DNA of 64,000 nt from Camelus dromedarius. Taxonomy: Eukaryota. The notes under the pieces are model-generated. The model did no database searches and had not been told where the DNA came from. It saw only the letters and a program-made list of their open reading frames with translations. Made by a program: the position numbers and the translations under genes. The stretch is taken from contig NC_087436.1 in NCBI RefSeq assembly GCF_036321535.1, forward strand, positions 8,680,001 through 8,744,000, written 5' to 3'. This document shows, piece after piece, positions 25,004 to 39,599 of this stretch. Each line of letters starts with the position of its first letter. Position 1 is the first letter of the stretch.

Positions 25004-26374
25004 AGCCAGAGTAGCCCTCAAGGCTTCTCTCTGGCATCCTCTAATAACACACAGTGGGAGGAAGGCAGAGAGGAGACACTTGGTCTGTCGTTTCCTGCTT
25101 TCTGCATCTTACTGCTCGCAGTTTGATTCCCAGCTTAGCAGGGAAAGCTGCATGGGACCAGATAACTCAGTTCAAGTCCACGACACAGAAGAAGCAAGCC
25201 ACTGCTTCTCCAGACTTAAGCTGCTTGCTGTCAAAAGCTTTACTAGTAAAGGCAGTGATGCTTTGATGTCTCTATGGTTAGTTCCACATGTCTTTCATTC
25301 AGCTGTATCCAAACCCTGAAGGAGGAGAAAAAGGGGTGTTCTAGTAGACATCCCATAAAACTAGCAATTTTGTGTGGACGTTTCTAAAATGAGTTGAAAA
25401 ATCGTCCACTCAAGATTATGTGTGAGGTTCTAAACAGTAAATGAGAGAGAAATGACAGCTTATGTATGGCTCTGTTGTGAATATGGACAAGCTTTCTGCC
25501 CAGAGGGTAGTGTAAACACTGGATGACTTCGAACATTTCAAACACTCTGTACCATGAGCTGAAGATCTAAAGACGATTTGTTTTATGTAAAAAGAAAAAG
25601 AAAAGCATGAAATGAATTCCACTGGTAGAGTCAAGCTCCTTTGATATATACATACTGTTTCTTCTGACAAGGACACAGGATCTCACTCATATTTCAATAA
25701 TCTAATTTTGCATTGTTTGAAAAGAAAAAGGGCTATTGATAGACCTTCATTTGGCTTGCACCCTGGGATATGTAAATAGACTCAGCAGTTCAAAAACACT
25801 CTTCAACAAATTCCAATGACTTGTGGTATTTTTCAGAGCTTCTGATGGTCATCAATAATATATTTTAGTTTTATTACTAATTAGCCAATTGTTAAAATAA
25901 ATATGTTAAATTCCCAATGGAAACCTGACTTTCTAAAAGCCTTTTAAACCTTTACTGAAAAGTGGATGGAGAATGAAAAATGAGTTAAACTAGTTTCAGA
26001 AATTTGCTAGGCCCATAAATGTGCTATTTGTCTACCTCATTTGCATTTTCTTGCAATTTCATTGTGTTTTTCAGCGCCACAGCTCCTCCTCAACTCTTCT
26101 TTTGTTATTGGCCTATAACAATATTCTGAGTAATCGCAAGCATATTATATCTACTTATACACAAAGCATATGTTTAAAGTTATTACGCCAAATATGGAGA
26201 ATATAAAACCAAAGGAAAGGGAAACCCCCAAAACAGGGACAAACCACTTGCTTAGCAAATCTCTTGTAGGGCTGTGGTTTTATAGCTAATCCTACCATTT
26301 CTAAATATTGCATTATCAAGTGTCATTATTCTATTACAGCTTTTGTAAAATGTTTTGACCCACCAGACACTTTT

Positions 26375-26858
26375 GTGACAATGCCACTAATTACCTACCC
26401 AACATTTATTCTCACCTTCCTCCCTTCTAATTAATTAAACCTTCATTTTCTGTGAATGGTAGACTCCAAGGTCAAAGAACTCTCTCTTGCAATCTCTGCA
26501 CTGAGAGGATCAGTGGCAGTTACTGTTGGTGATTCCTTTAAACATCTTTTAAATGTGCTCTCGCAGGTGTCAGGTGGTATCTTTCCTTCCTCTGGCTTCC
26601 CTTTTCCTTGTTGAAATGTGAACACGATGACTGGCATTTCCACTGCCATTTGGAAAACATGGGATGACGCTGAGAAAGGAAACCAGGTGTTAACCACAAC
26701 TAGCGGAAGCGTAGGATGATGATGTGGTGAGGCTGCCATCCTGAACCAGGTCTTCAGGGCTTCTCTGATGCCGAAGATAACTACACCAGGGTCTTCTTTA
26801 AGTCTCTGTGATTTGGGATCTCTGTTACAGGGCTGAAGGTAATCTCTTACTGATACGT
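26375..26858 (+). mobile_element. MaLR LTR (MLT1H/I/J-like)
   Basis: ctgccatttgga, tctttaagtctctgtgatttgggatctctgttacagggctgaaggtaatctcttactgatac (MLT1 3' end). Confidence 0.65.
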
Positions 26859-27339
26859 AACACATTTTTTAACTCCACTTTTTGGCTTCTTCAAATAGGT
26901 TTAAATATTAATGATGATCTTTGAAATACATTTATTGTCTTCCTTAGTTGATAAAATGCAGTAGAACAGGGTTTTGTTTTGTTTTTTATCAGCTGCGGTT
27001 GAATTTGATGAATTTATGTTCGTCTACACTACACTCCAACTCTCCCTCTTATCTCAGGCCAGAACAGAAAAGGTAGATTTCGAAGAATAGCCGGGCTGCC
27101 TAAACACCTGTCAAACCTTAATGGCCCTGCTATTTCTTTATATAGACTTGAGCTAATTGAAAGATTTTCTTAAAAACAGCGATTGCCAGATGCCTTAAGA
27201 AAACGTTTTGAGTGGAGGCTTTGCATTTCTCTCTCTCTCTAGGACCCCATTCTCGTAGTATTTGACCAACTTGGCTACTGCAGTCAATTTTTCACTCCAT
27301 TTCACACTTCTCATGGGCTCCCTTCCTTCCTCGCCTCCC

Positions 27340-28070
27340 ACGTTCCTTGCCTTACCATTCATTCTGTGGTCCGTCATTACAGTCTTTCTCTTATCAATTT
27401 GCTCAACTTCCTCAGGCCTGTCTCTTTTATACTTTTACTCACCTGACAAAATCAAATGTTGGTTAAACCCAAATCTCTTCTTTCTACGATTGCAAAGTCA
27501 CAGCCAGCCACAACTGAGGGAGAACATACTAATATATCTCACCTCAAGAACACCCTAAGATCTCCCCAACATTCCAAGCACAGGTGGCCAGCTCCATCAG
27601 CCTACGTCCCTGCGAGGTAATTATTTTACACGTCTTCCTCTCTTCAACCTGCTAGAGCTCTCACACACTCCCCACTTTAAATAGCTGGTATTCTTCATTG
27701 CACTGAAATAACCCAAGCAACGGTAAAAGGATTTCCTCACGCTGCCACCCTGAGCATCTGTTCCCAAAGAGTCTGTCTTGTTCCCTGTTTCAGCCGATTA
27801 ACTATCAGTCTTGCAAAGCACAACCCTTCCAGTTGTGTACTAGGCTGAATCAACTTTTTAAGGATTTGATTACTGCAAGTTTCCCCCTTTTCTCTCCTAT
27901 GAGCTGCTTTTCATTCTTGACTGGACTGTTCATATCAGCATGAAAGATAACCACATCTACAGTTTTCATCAAATCCCCCCTCGTGATCCCACATCACTCC
28001 AGCCACTGCACAGTTCTCTCTCTCTCTCTCTCTGTTCACTTTCAACCAAGACAATGTCATTGTTTCTCTT
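27340..28070 (+). mobile_element. L2 LINE internal fragments
   Basis: Pyrimidine-rich sequence with aaatcaaatgttggttaaacccaa and actggactgttcatatcagcat motifs. Confidence 0.45.
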
Positions 28071-28544
28071 TCCAAACCCCATCCCTTCATGGAAACATCA
28101 ATACCAAGGATTCTGAAGCAGGTTCAATGTGGTCGGAGGTAATGCGAAGAGACCGCTTTTACTCCCAGCCTTAGGGATCTTGGTTTCTGGAAAAGGGAAA
28201 GCATTAGATCTCAGTCCAGACAATCACTGCTAATGTGACTTCCTCTTAATTAACTCATCATCTCAGCCTGATGGAGGGGGAGAGAGGCGGCGCTGTTCCT
28301 GAGAACTCATTATTCCTTGATTTCCACATTCCATCTTCAGAAAAACCTGAGATCACAGAGTAAACGGTTCATCAGAGAGTAAACGCTCACTGCGTTTCCC
28401 CAGCACTGCTCAGGGTGCATCCTGCAACGTGAATGCCTGCAGTTTGGCTCAGAGCGTTCTTCCCGGGCTTCCCAGCTGGAGACGGCAAATGAGTGACTTG
28501 TATACCAAACCTACAGCAGACTCGTGGAGGAGCCACCATTTGGA

Positions 28545-28718
28545 ATGGTTCTCATGATTTACCAAGCACCCCAATTCCCTGAGGAGCCTATCAAAATGCA
28601 GATTTCAAATCGAACTTCCAGAAAGTGCTGGCAAAGCCCAGGTTCTACATTTCTGATATTTTTTCATAGGGTTCTGATGCAGGTAGGACGTGGACCATAC
28701 ACCACTCCACAAACTGGC
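28545..28718. mobile_element. MER5-type hAT MITE
   Basis: aatggttctca...gaggagcctatcaaaatgcagattt...gttctgatgcagg...ggaccatac. Confidence 0.6.
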
Positions 28719-29439
28719 AAGGGCTCTCGAATGGTTGGTCCTTAGACTGGACGAACAAGGACTGAAAGTGGGGATAAGCTATAACAGACAGAACTAATGG
28801 TCAGCCAAGAACAAAATGGGAGAATTGCTCTCCTTAACTCTAAAAAGCAAGGAAACAACCCCCCCAAAACCACAACAAAACAAAAACAAAGCAGTGCAGA
28901 GCATTAGCCTTGTCAAGTAGTCCATTTGTGGGTAAACAGTCACAACGAACAGGGGTGGGGGGCAGGCTTCCTAGGACAACCCCTTCCCCAGGAATATGGC
29001 ATCCAGGCAGGGAGCACCCTCCTCACCCCCAGCACTGGTCCTGTCCTCCCAAGATCGCGCACCCTCTGGGACAGTTTCTGTATCTGAACGACAAACTCCA
29101 AACATGAGACCCTGGGGACAAGCACCCCTCACCTCCTTCACAGCAACTCTGCTTTCCTAACTGGTTCCCTTGAACATGACTTTCCAAGCCTTGACCCACG
29201 TCTAGGTGACAACTGTACTTGCACCAGAAGCCAAGGTCTCAGTCTGCTTCTGCGGGACACCAACCTTGGTCAAACCGTGAATTCCCAAACCTTTCTGTTC
29301 ATTTTTTCCAACATTTTCTTCACTGACTTCTAGGACGCATATGTCCCACCACAGGATGCCCATTCCAGGTCTTCTTGTCTCCAGGTGTTAACCTCAGAGC
29401 CAAGGCTCAATCCCCTGACTTCACAGCGATCTATACTCC

Positions 29440-30130
29440 ATCCTAAGGTCATGTCATCATGGTCATATTTATGGCTTTAAACAGTCTCTGCACACTGACG
29501 TTACCTAAACACACAACTTTGGGCTGTCACTCTGATCTCCAGACTTACATACTCAGTTGCACAGGGGACATCCATCCGGTTAAAGGTACTGAAGTTAACT
29601 TCTCAAAAACAAAAAAACAAAACATTGATCTCGGTCTCCAAACGTGCTCCTTGTCCATTGCAGTTAGTGTCACGACCACATATCTAAGTGCTTCCTCCAA
29701 ATTCCTTGGGTTCATTTTTGTTTAAAGCTCTCTTCTCATATTCACATGCCACCCCTCAGTAATACTACCAGATCTACTTTCAAAATATATCCCAAATCTG
29801 ACCACTTAACTTCTTCATTATTAACACTTTATTTTAAGCCAACTTTATCTGTTCCCTAGACTATTAAAATAATGTTTTTAAACAGGTCTCAGTGCTTCCT
29901 GTTGTTTTAAAACAAATCAGAACATTCTACTTCATACAGTAAATGCTTTGATGGCTTCCAGTTACAGTTAGAATAGGAATCCAAATATTTAAGTGGGACC
30001 AAGGGGCTCCATGTGATCTGACCCCAGGCTGCCTCTCCAATCTCATAGCTGCCACTCCTCTTAATTCATACCAATCACACTAGCCACCCAGCTGTTCCTA
30101 CAGAAAGCCAAGTAACTTTCTGCCCCCTTT
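29440..30130 (+). mobile_element. L2 LINE fragment
   Basis: ctccagacttacat, ctactttcaaaatatatcccaaatctgaccactt, gatggcttccagttacagttagaatag, gctccatgtgatctgacccc. Confidence 0.75.
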
Positions 30131-30335
30131 TGGTAAATCATAGAGTAAATTACTGTATACATCAGTGTGTGTATTAATGAATCACACATTCAATCCCACA
30201 TTATTAATTCATCTAAATAACTAAAATTTGAATTAAATCATAAATAAAAAAGAGTACTGATTGTAAGAATGGTATCAGCCTACTGGACCAATGTTCATAG
30301 CCATTAAATTAATTATTGAGATTGGAAAATTTTCT

Positions 30336-31203
30336 GGGATACTCAACTTCACTAATTATTAAAGAAATCCAAATAAAAACTATAATGAGGTATCACCTCA
30401 CACCGGTCAGAATGGCCATCATTGAAAAGTCTACAGATAATAAATGCTGCAGAGGGTGTGGAGAAAAGGGAACCCCTCTATACTGTTAGTGGGAATGTAA
30501 AATGGTGTAGCCACTAAGGAAAACAGTATGGAGGTTCCTTAAAAAACTAAAAATAGACTTACTATATGATGTAGCAACCCCACTCCTGGGCATTTATCCA
30601 GAGAAAACTCTAATTGAGAAAGATACATGCAGCCCAATGTTCACAGCAGCACTATTTACAACAGCCAAGACATGACAGCAACGTAAGTGTCCATCCACAA
30701 GTGACTGGATAAAGAAGATGTGGTATATTTATGTAGTGAATATCATTCAGTCATAAAAAAGAATGAAATCATGCCATTTGCAGCAACATGGATGGACCCA
30801 GACATTATCATACTAAGTGAAGTCAGTCAGACAGAGAAAGACAACACCACGTTTCACTTACACGTGGAATCTAAAATATGACACAAATGAACTTAGTTAC
30901 AAAACAGAAACAGATTCACAGACATAGAAAACAAATTTATGATTACCGAAGGGGGAAGGGGTGGGGAGGGATAAATTAGGAGTTTGGGATTAGCAGATAC
31001 ACACTACTATATACAAAATCAGCAACAAAGTTGTATTGCATAGCACAGAGAACTATATTCAATATCCTGTAAACCATAATGGAAAAGAATATAAAAAAGA
31101 ATATACATACATATAACCTAATCACTACGCTGTACACCAGAAACTAACACATCATTGGGAATCAACTGTACTTCAATAATTTTTTTAAAAAATTAAACAA
31201 AAT
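30336..31203 (+). mobile_element. 5'-truncated L1 (ORF2 C-terminus plus 3'UTR) with TSD
   Basis: atgaggtatcacctcacaccggtcagaatggccatc ([12 protein letters not shown]), gagggtgtggagaaaagggaaccc; TSD aaaattttct at 30326-30335 and 31204-31213; same family as 13140-13799. Confidence 0.93.
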
Positions 31204-31499
31204 AAAATTTTCTATATATAAATAAGTTTTCTACATCATTAGTAAGATCAACTAAACAGATGATCTAATTAAAACATTTAAATGCTTAAGGTTTTCAGTT
31301 TCTAAAATTGATATGGTTGCCTAATTGTTGATTTTCTAGAGCTGAGAAATAATCTAAATTTCTTATGCTTGAATTTTCCAGTTAGAATGAGTTACTCCAT
31401 AATGTTTCATGATGACAAAAGTGGTACAAAATTATTATAATTGGGAAAGGTTTTACACTTTTGTTATAATTGGAAAAGGTTTTACAGCAGTTAAGTTCC

Positions 31500-31525
31500 A
31501 AAAAAAAAAAAAAAAAAAAAAAAAA
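31500..31525. repeat. Poly(A) homopolymer
   Basis: Uninterrupted A run. Confidence 0.9.
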
Positions 31526-31534
31526 GCTTTCCTA

Positions 31535-31723
<189 letters not shown>

Positions 31724-32324
31724 CTAGAGAAAAAAAAGGAAAATTCAATAAAATGAATTGTTTGTATTTAAAATGTATTTTAACAATTCACTTTTTAAAA
31801 AGTGTATTCAGGAGCAAAGTAAATGACTAAAATATTACCTTTAAACTATCAAAACAATCATTATTAGTTCTACAAAGCTGGAAGATTTTATATGCTGTAA
31901 TCACTTTTTTCTCAGGACAAATTTTGTTTAAAAAGAATAATCTCTTAGTATTGATTTGAATTATACAAATTTATATAAAATAACTGAATTTTCACATAGT
32001 TATTGTAATTCAGCCTACCTTTTTAATTAATGAAAATATATATTTTTTCTTATTTATAGTTAAACAGCTCTTAATATATTTTTCACAATTATAATTGTCC
32101 GTTAATTTTTATATCTGTTAATTCTAAATTTACCCAGAAAAATATTATAGCAGTGTGAACTTAGAGATAAAATTTATAGCCATATAAATAGAATAGGACT
32201 TTGTAAGCCTCCCAGAAATAATCAGTATATTAAAAAAATAAATAACCATGACATTTCAAATGCATAACCATTTGAGAAAAAAGAAAGAAAAAATCCTCAC
32301 ACGGCTTGTCAAAATCAAATCCAA

Positions 32325-34238
32325 GAAGCATCTCTAGAGGTAGTAAAGACCAGAAAAACTTATCTTTCATAAAGATAATGAATACACTGGCAAAAATTGT
32401 CAAAATCATTTTTTTTCCAGAACTCTGGAAATAGTCAAGGGCTCCCCAGAGCATCTACTGTTAAAAATGTCTGAGTCTCAGCCAGAGCAGTGATGCTGGT
32501 GGCATTCGTCTCTTCACGGCTGTGTGGGAACCTTAGAACACCAGCTTGGTACCTCTGCTGGCTGGGAAGACCGTCATCCTAGCTGACCCCGGACGGGGAA
32601 GGACGGGTTTGGGGCTCCTCTGACACCCCATACTCTCTGATGGATGTAGCAGCTCCCTGAAAACTTCCATTTCCGTGATTTCCTTTTTTTTTGCGCAAGA
32701 CTTGGAGCTCAGTCTGTGTAAACAGCCCTGCTCCTGAGTCCATTATTGAAGACAAACAGCTGTACTTGTGCAACATTACAGCTCTCAAGGCGGAGATATG
32801 AGTGGGGATGAAGATTAGCATGCCAAAAATCTTAACAGGGAAGACGGGAAGGGCACGTGCGCAGGGGGTGGTTGAAAAGATCTGCCTGTTCCCGGGACTC
32901 TAGAAGGCGAAACAAATGTGCAGGGCTCCGTGCATGACCAGAAAAGATGGACCTCCTTTACGTTTTAGGAAAAAGACAGACTCCCTAATCTCTCATCTCT
33001 GGCTGAGCTTGAGACCTTGAACAAGCAGAGTGAAGGCTTAAGACAGACCTGTAATGCTTGCAGGGAGAATTCAATGCAGAATGCAAAACAGAAATAGAGC
33101 ATCTTGCCAAAGTCTGGAACACTTACTGGTTCAAAGCCTTTAATTAAATCTCTAGCCAGTCATTAGCTCACCACTAGGTACCTGAGCAAAGGTTTCAGTA
33201 ACCTTACACAGCAAACCAAAGAAAAGCAGATACCTTATACTTCAGCAAAATTAAAAACTTCTGCTCTCCTAAGGAAACTACCCAAAAAGTGAAAAAAATA
33301 CCCCACCGAATGGGAGAAAATATTTGCAAGTCATTTGTCTCATAAAGGTTATGTATCCAGAATATATAAAGAACGATACAAGCAAACAAGAAAAAAGACA
33401 AAGAATCAAATTAAAACAATGGGTGAAGGATTTTAATAGACACTACTCAAAAAAAGATTTACACACAGCACATAAAAAATGCTCAGCCTTATTAGTCATT
33501 AGGGAAATGCAAATAAAAACCACTATGAGATACAACTTCATACCTACTAGGCTGGCTAAAATGAGAAAAAAAAAAGGACTAACAACTTTTGGAAGGATGT
33601 GGAAAAACTGGAATCTTCAGCTTTGCTGGCGTGAATATTAAATGGTGTACCCACTCTGAAGGATAGTTTGGCAGTTCCCCAAAAAGTTAAACAAAGAATC
33701 ATTATGTGTGTAGCAACTGCATTCCTAGGCATATATCCAAAAGAATCAAAACATATGTCTACACGCAAGCTGTACACGAATGTTTATAGTAACCAAAAAG
33801 TGAAAACAACTCAAAAAGCTATCAATTGATGAATGGACAAAAGCAAAATCGAATACCTATATACAATAGAATTTTTTTTTTACCAATTAAAAGTAATGAA
33901 GTACTGATATATACTATAATATAAATCAATCTTGAAAACATGCTAAATGGGAAAAAAAAAAAAAACCCTCCAATTGTAGGAGTCAATTTATACGAAAATG
34001 TCCAGAATGGCCAAATCTATTGAGACAGAAAATAGGGTAGTCTTACTAGGACCTGAGGGGATGTGGTGCTAGAAATAACCACTAATAGGAGTGGAATCCT
34101 ATTATTCTAAAGTTTAATAGCTATCGTGGCTGAATAATTTTGTGAATATATTAAGAACCACTAAATTGCACATTTTAAAGGGGTTAATTTTATCATATGA
34201 GAATTACATTTCAATAAAGCTGTTATTAAAAATAAATT
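32325..34238 (+). mobile_element. Old L1 (L1M-type): 5'UTR-like block (~32325-33205) joined directly to the ORF2 end plus 3'UTR
   Basis: cactggcaaaaattgtcaaaatc...cagaactctggaaat (old L1 5' end); ORF 33324-33641 contains KKCSALLVIREMQIKTTMRYNFIPTRLAK (ORF2 C-terminal domain); ends caataaagctgttattaaaaa. Confidence 0.8.
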
Positions 34239-34474
34239 ATGTATGGGATACATAAATATGAAAAATTAAATATACTAAAGTAAAGCCATGTATCACTTTG
34301 GCTAATGGAATCTTTATGAGTATGAAAAAAATGTAGCAATCTGGAAAGAAAGAATGATCACTATGTTTGTACAAAGAAGAAATGCTGCGTTACAAAACAT
34401 TGTAAGCTTGAAAGATAATAACCCACAGATTATTCATGCAAAATGAAAATACAAATCATCAATGCATCTGAGTC

Positions 34475-34716
34475 CTTAATTACATAGCAGCTATCACATG
34501 GAAGATACAGTTCTAAGTAATTCATACATGTTGACATATTTGATCTGTATAACAAGCCAATGAGAAGAGACTGGTACAATTCTCCCATTTTAGAGCGGGG
34601 AACACTGAGAAGTCCAGTCATCTCCTTAGTTTCCCTTGGCCCCGAATTAGTAGCGCTAGGCTCAGACACCAGGTAGGTTTCCTCCAGAGTCTGGGCTTTT
34701 AAGCCCCTACATATAC
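34475..34716 (-). mobile_element. MIR SINE
   Basis: ctcccattttagagcggggaacactgaga...cctccagagtctgggcttttaagc (antisense MIR). Confidence 0.7.
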
Positions 34717-36917
34717 TGCTGACCTTGCCAGTCATGAATTGGAATAGAAAAAAAAAAGACAGGAAAGGAGAACAAAGAAGAAAGTGGAGACAAAAATGCC
34801 CAAATCAAAGGAGGTCAAATAGACCTGTAGGTCTGAAGAAAAGAGGTTAGAAATACAGTGAAAATGCATGAGGAAAAGGGAAGAAAAGCGGACAGATCTT
34901 CTGAGGTCACAAAACTACAGCCTTTAATCTAGATTCGAAAGTGGTGTCTTTACTTTCTCAGCAGCAGAGAATAAGGGTGCCTAGGAGGGTGCTGTTGTAC
35001 CTGTTCTGAAGATGTGATTCGCACATTGTCAGTGTCTCTTACTATAGGTATTATTTAAAGGTTTTCATTCATGTATTTGGTAATGAATGGGATGTACCCT
35101 CTAAGAATTGTTTATTATCTTTTCCAACTTTTACATTTTGAATTTACTATTTTTCATGTTGATTCCCCAATTTTATTTTTAATGTATGGCTCATCTTTTA
35201 ATTTTGTGTAGAACATTTTTGATTGGGATTTTTTTTTTCATTCCTTATGTCAACTTTAGATTAGAAAGCACTTTTTCACTCTAATTTAATATATTTCCCA
35301 ATACTTTCCCCTCATATCCTTGCTGTTTCCTTACTGTTCCTTACTGTTGTAATTCCATCGAACCCTTTAACATTTCTTTTCAAAAATTTTTTAAGGAAGT
35401 GAGTATCCATCTTTACCTCTTTTTCTAAACTGTAACTAATTCATTTAAGAAAACATTCCCCCATCTGTTATTTTTTTTATCCCTGTATCTTTAAAATATG
35501 ATAGCACCCAGGCACTTAGCAATATCCACAAGCAGGACTCTAAAAATCTACTCTGTAGGTTTCTGACTTTACCTGTATCCACACCATGTGCTTTACTGTT
35601 AAAAATGGCGCCCCCTCTAACTGACACACACAGAATGATTATAATCAAGAAAAAAATTATTATGGGCCTACTGAATCTGGATCTCAAATGACAAAAATGT
35701 TCTCTCCGTCAAGAAAGTCAAAGAGAGGGTGAAGAGGAGGAGGGACCAGAGGGAAAGGGAAATATCCTGCATGTTCTGGTCGCCATATTATTTAGCTCAA
35801 GAATATATTCTTAATAGCTATCAAACAAAATAAAATTCCTCAACATCATATTATAGAAGATTACACATACCATGTTTCTGCAGCTCCCAGGGGGAGCTTT
35901 ATCATGGACTTACAGGAAGAGCCTCATGTCCTGGACAGTGGGAGAGGATTTGGGGCTTGGACCCTAACAGGGACATTACCGTGTGACGCTAACGTGTGAT
36001 AACACCCCTGGCATCACCACAGGCTTCCGTGAAAAACCAGGTGCCTGGGTGAGCACTTAGGCAGGAGAACAGAAATTCCAAACAGAAAGGCCAGAGCTGT
36101 CCCTCTGGTTAACACCAAGGCATGCCGTGGACACATAGCTGGGTCTCATAGGGTAATCAATTCAGGATGATTCAAGTTAAAAATATTTTGAGAAAGATCA
36201 AGAGCCAAAAAGAATTCTTGACGACCTGAAGTGTAATAGAAAGATACCCAGTGTGCGTAAGGTAGACAAGCACACGGGGGATGCGCACACGAGAAGGATC
36301 TGCCACAGGAACAGCTCAGGGAGACCACATCAGAACAAAGATGAACCCTTTCGCTGGACGAGAACAATTGGAAATGACCATCAAAACCCAAAGTACATCT
36401 GATATTTGTAATTATGTTTATATTTTATGCCAAACTGCACATTGGTCTTTCTAAAGTCTGTTTTCAAATAATTCTTTTTAAATAATCCTTAAGGCTGAAA
36501 TAAATAACTTTTCCACCTGTTTTCCTATATCACTGCCTAGAAAGCACAGCCCTTCCCTATCTGCTATAATCAAGATTCCTTCACCCACTGAAGTGAAAAT
36601 TTTCCAAGACTATAATCTTGAGAATGTTTATTAAAGTATTTTATTTTGCTATCTCTGTCATTCTGCAATAGGAAATCCCTTTAATTTAGGTATTTTCTCA
36701 GTCAGAACATTATGTGATCACTTCTAATTTATATATATTTTCATGTTTTTTTCTCTTTCTTCTAAGTGGAAGCAGAATGTTCCACCCTCAACTGCTTTCG
36801 ATGAACAACTTTATAATCACCGTTTCAGACAGCATTTCCAAATAAGCAATATTTGAATATTGCTTCCCCGCTTCAAATAAAGCATGGATTTTTTTCACTA
36901 CACTGAAAGTCAAACTC

Positions 36918-37075
36918 GATAAATATTTATTGAGCACTTAAATATGTCAGGCACTGTGATAAAGAGTTTAAATAAATGATGAAATTTTCTCCTTTAAACC
37001 ATCTTTTTGAAATGCACGGCTATTAGTCTCATGTTATACGCAAGAAAACTGGAACATACTGATGTTACGTTTGGG
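36918..37075 (-). mobile_element. MIR SINE fragment
   Basis: atttattgagcacttaaatatgtcaggcactgtgat...tattagtctcatgttatacgcaagaaaactgga. Confidence 0.6.
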
Positions 37076-37085
37076 GTCACCAATT

Positions 37086-37422
37086 ACTAGGGACAGAATG
37101 TTTGTGTACCCCACCTTCACAGTTCATCTGTTGAAATCCTGATGCCTTGGGGAGGTGATTAGGTCATGAGGGTAGAGCCCCCAAGATTGGGATTAGTGTC
37201 CCTATAAAAGATACCCCATTGAGAGCTCTCACCCATTCCAGCATTTGAGGACACAGGAGAAGACTCTGGCTGTAAGCCGTAAGGAGGACCCTCACACAGG
37301 ACATTAACATGCTGATGCCTTGGTCTTGGACTTAGCCTCAGAACTGTGAGAAAGATATTTTTGCTGTTTATACCACCCATGTGGTAGAATTTTGTCACAG
37401 CAGCCCGCCAGAAAAAGACCTC
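37086..37422 (+). mobile_element. MaLR LTR (MLT1A/B-like)
   Basis: gaatgtttgtgtacccc...gttgaaatcct...ggaggtgattaggtcatgagggtagagccc...gggattagtgtccctataaaaga...cagaactgtgagaaa...ttttgtcacagcagccc. Confidence 0.88.
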
Positions 37423-39599
37423 AGCCAAAGCAAGGGGTCTCAGATTGGCATCCAACTGGTCAGACTCCTGAACTGACCTGTTCTTGTTATTTTGCAATTA
37501 CTAACCCATCTTCCTCTTTCCCGATTCTCCACTATTTTAGCCAAACATCAAAATAACCTGTTGATTTTTTTTTTAGTACAGATACATCAATTCTACACTT
37601 TACCTCCACCCTGATTCAGCATTTCTGATCTTTTACTCTTTGATTTTCTCAGCATTTTCCCCAATCTTAAACAGATTAAATCAAATGTGTGATTTTGATG
37701 CTCAGCCACAGTGGAGAGTTATGGCCTTAGAACGGGCACTTCTGGAATTCAGGGGGCAAAATCTTGCACTTACTCTGAACCCCTATCACACCTTTATAAT
37801 CTTGCTGCCAATAGACACTCCATAAATACTTCTTCAGTGATTAAATCTTTATGAGCCTCAACACCATTAAAAAGTTGCCTCGGGGCACTAATGTCTGGAA
37901 AGTCAATAGGAAAAACCTAAAATAATTTATTTGGTTGAGTTGATTGCTAACGTTATTTTCAAGGCAGTACAGAAGGGAACTGTGAGGAAAAACAAGAAAA
38001 TCATAGCACATTGTTAAAATTCTGATAACTGTATGGCTATTACTAAGTGACTGCAATATACTGCATAAGAATAATAATCACAAGGTTGGACAGCCTATAG
38101 GTGACGAGCATTTTTCAATCAGAACGTCCAAGGCAGTGAGCATCAGGTGTGAGTATACCAGACTCTAACAGCTGAATTTCAGACCTGTATTTAACCACAG
38201 GCATTTGTCACAATCTGAAAGACAAATTCCGTCTGTTAGAAAATGGTAAGTTTTAAATTTAAGTTTATTTTCCTATTTCATATTCTGTTTGTACTCATGG
38301 TTCTAAATTACATGGTCCACATACTACTATACTTTGAATGAGGTTTTCTGTGTAATATACATTGCTTTGATATACAGTGACACTAAAGGCATTTCCTTTC
38401 TAATTTTGATTATGCCAGTATGCTTTTTACTTTGCAATATTGTGAAAGCTATTTTTCTAGCTTTTTACGTGTACAAAATATGCTTTCATAAAATAGCAAT
38501 AAAAGTAACTTAGGCAAGTTTCTAGTTACCGAAGTTGACAAAAGTACCATTATCTCAGAATGTATGTGACTTTCTAAAAATCCTGGAAGTTTCTCACTAA
38601 CCTATCTAATTAGATATTTAATATGTCATCAATAAATAGCATAGTGAAATATAAAATTAAATAATACAAATTGAATTTGGTGAATACATTACTTTTAACA
38701 CCTTTCTTTCCTAAAGTAAACAATTTCACGTATCAATTCAAGGCAACACAATAGAAAACTAAACGTATATGGATCGAAATTGTTATTTCAAATTGATCGC
38801 AAACAAAAAGTGAAGCAACTGCATTTTTTGGTAGAAAAACTAAAACCAAAATTATGAAAACTTTGTGTAACAATATTATTTGATGGTATATGTAATTAAT
38901 TAGATTAATTATATTGTATTTCACTTAAGAAAACAATCCTGCAAAAAATTTCCACTAACATGAGTAATAAAAACACATAAAAATATCAATCACTTTTATA
39001 AACTACTATTCAGTGTCTTACACATACAGAGTCAGATTTGCCATGAAGCTGATGGGGTTTGTTTATGAGCCCCTTCATTTGTACAAGCCTTTTCCAGGGA
39101 CCTGAAAACAGTCCTGGAATGCGTTTATATGGTCAGATATTTTTGTGAAATTTAGAAATATATTTTTAAGTGTGATGTCTTTTCTTATTGTAATTAACAT
39201 TTTATAATAATATAATAAAATAATACTTCTATGATAATACTTTAACTCACATATAGCTTATAGATACCCTCATGTGTGTAATACTGACAGGTAAAAATAT
39301 TCAATAAAAAATTAACTCACATATCTCAAAGTACGTAGCTTCCCCTAAGTATACGTAGAAAATCCTGTCTTTTATCACTTTAAACAGACAGGAATTGTAC
39401 TTTTTAATTTAATGGAATAAAAATAAAACATTTAGATTTTAAACTATATTTTGACATATTTCAAAGGGGAATACATCCCTTATTTTGATTTCATCACAAA
39501 ATATGAATAAGATAATAACCAAAGGTACCTGGAATCCTGGTCAGCAATGAATAACTAGTGAATTAATCACACATATTACAGAGACCTGGTTCCATCTAA

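Noticed and set aside
33324..33641. 105-aa ORF
   Set aside because: Decayed L1 ORF2 C-terminus.
38090..39130. Possible hAT DNA transposon remnants (also ~54240-54700)
   Set aside because: Composition is suggestive, but I could not identify terminal inverted repeats or transposase motifs.
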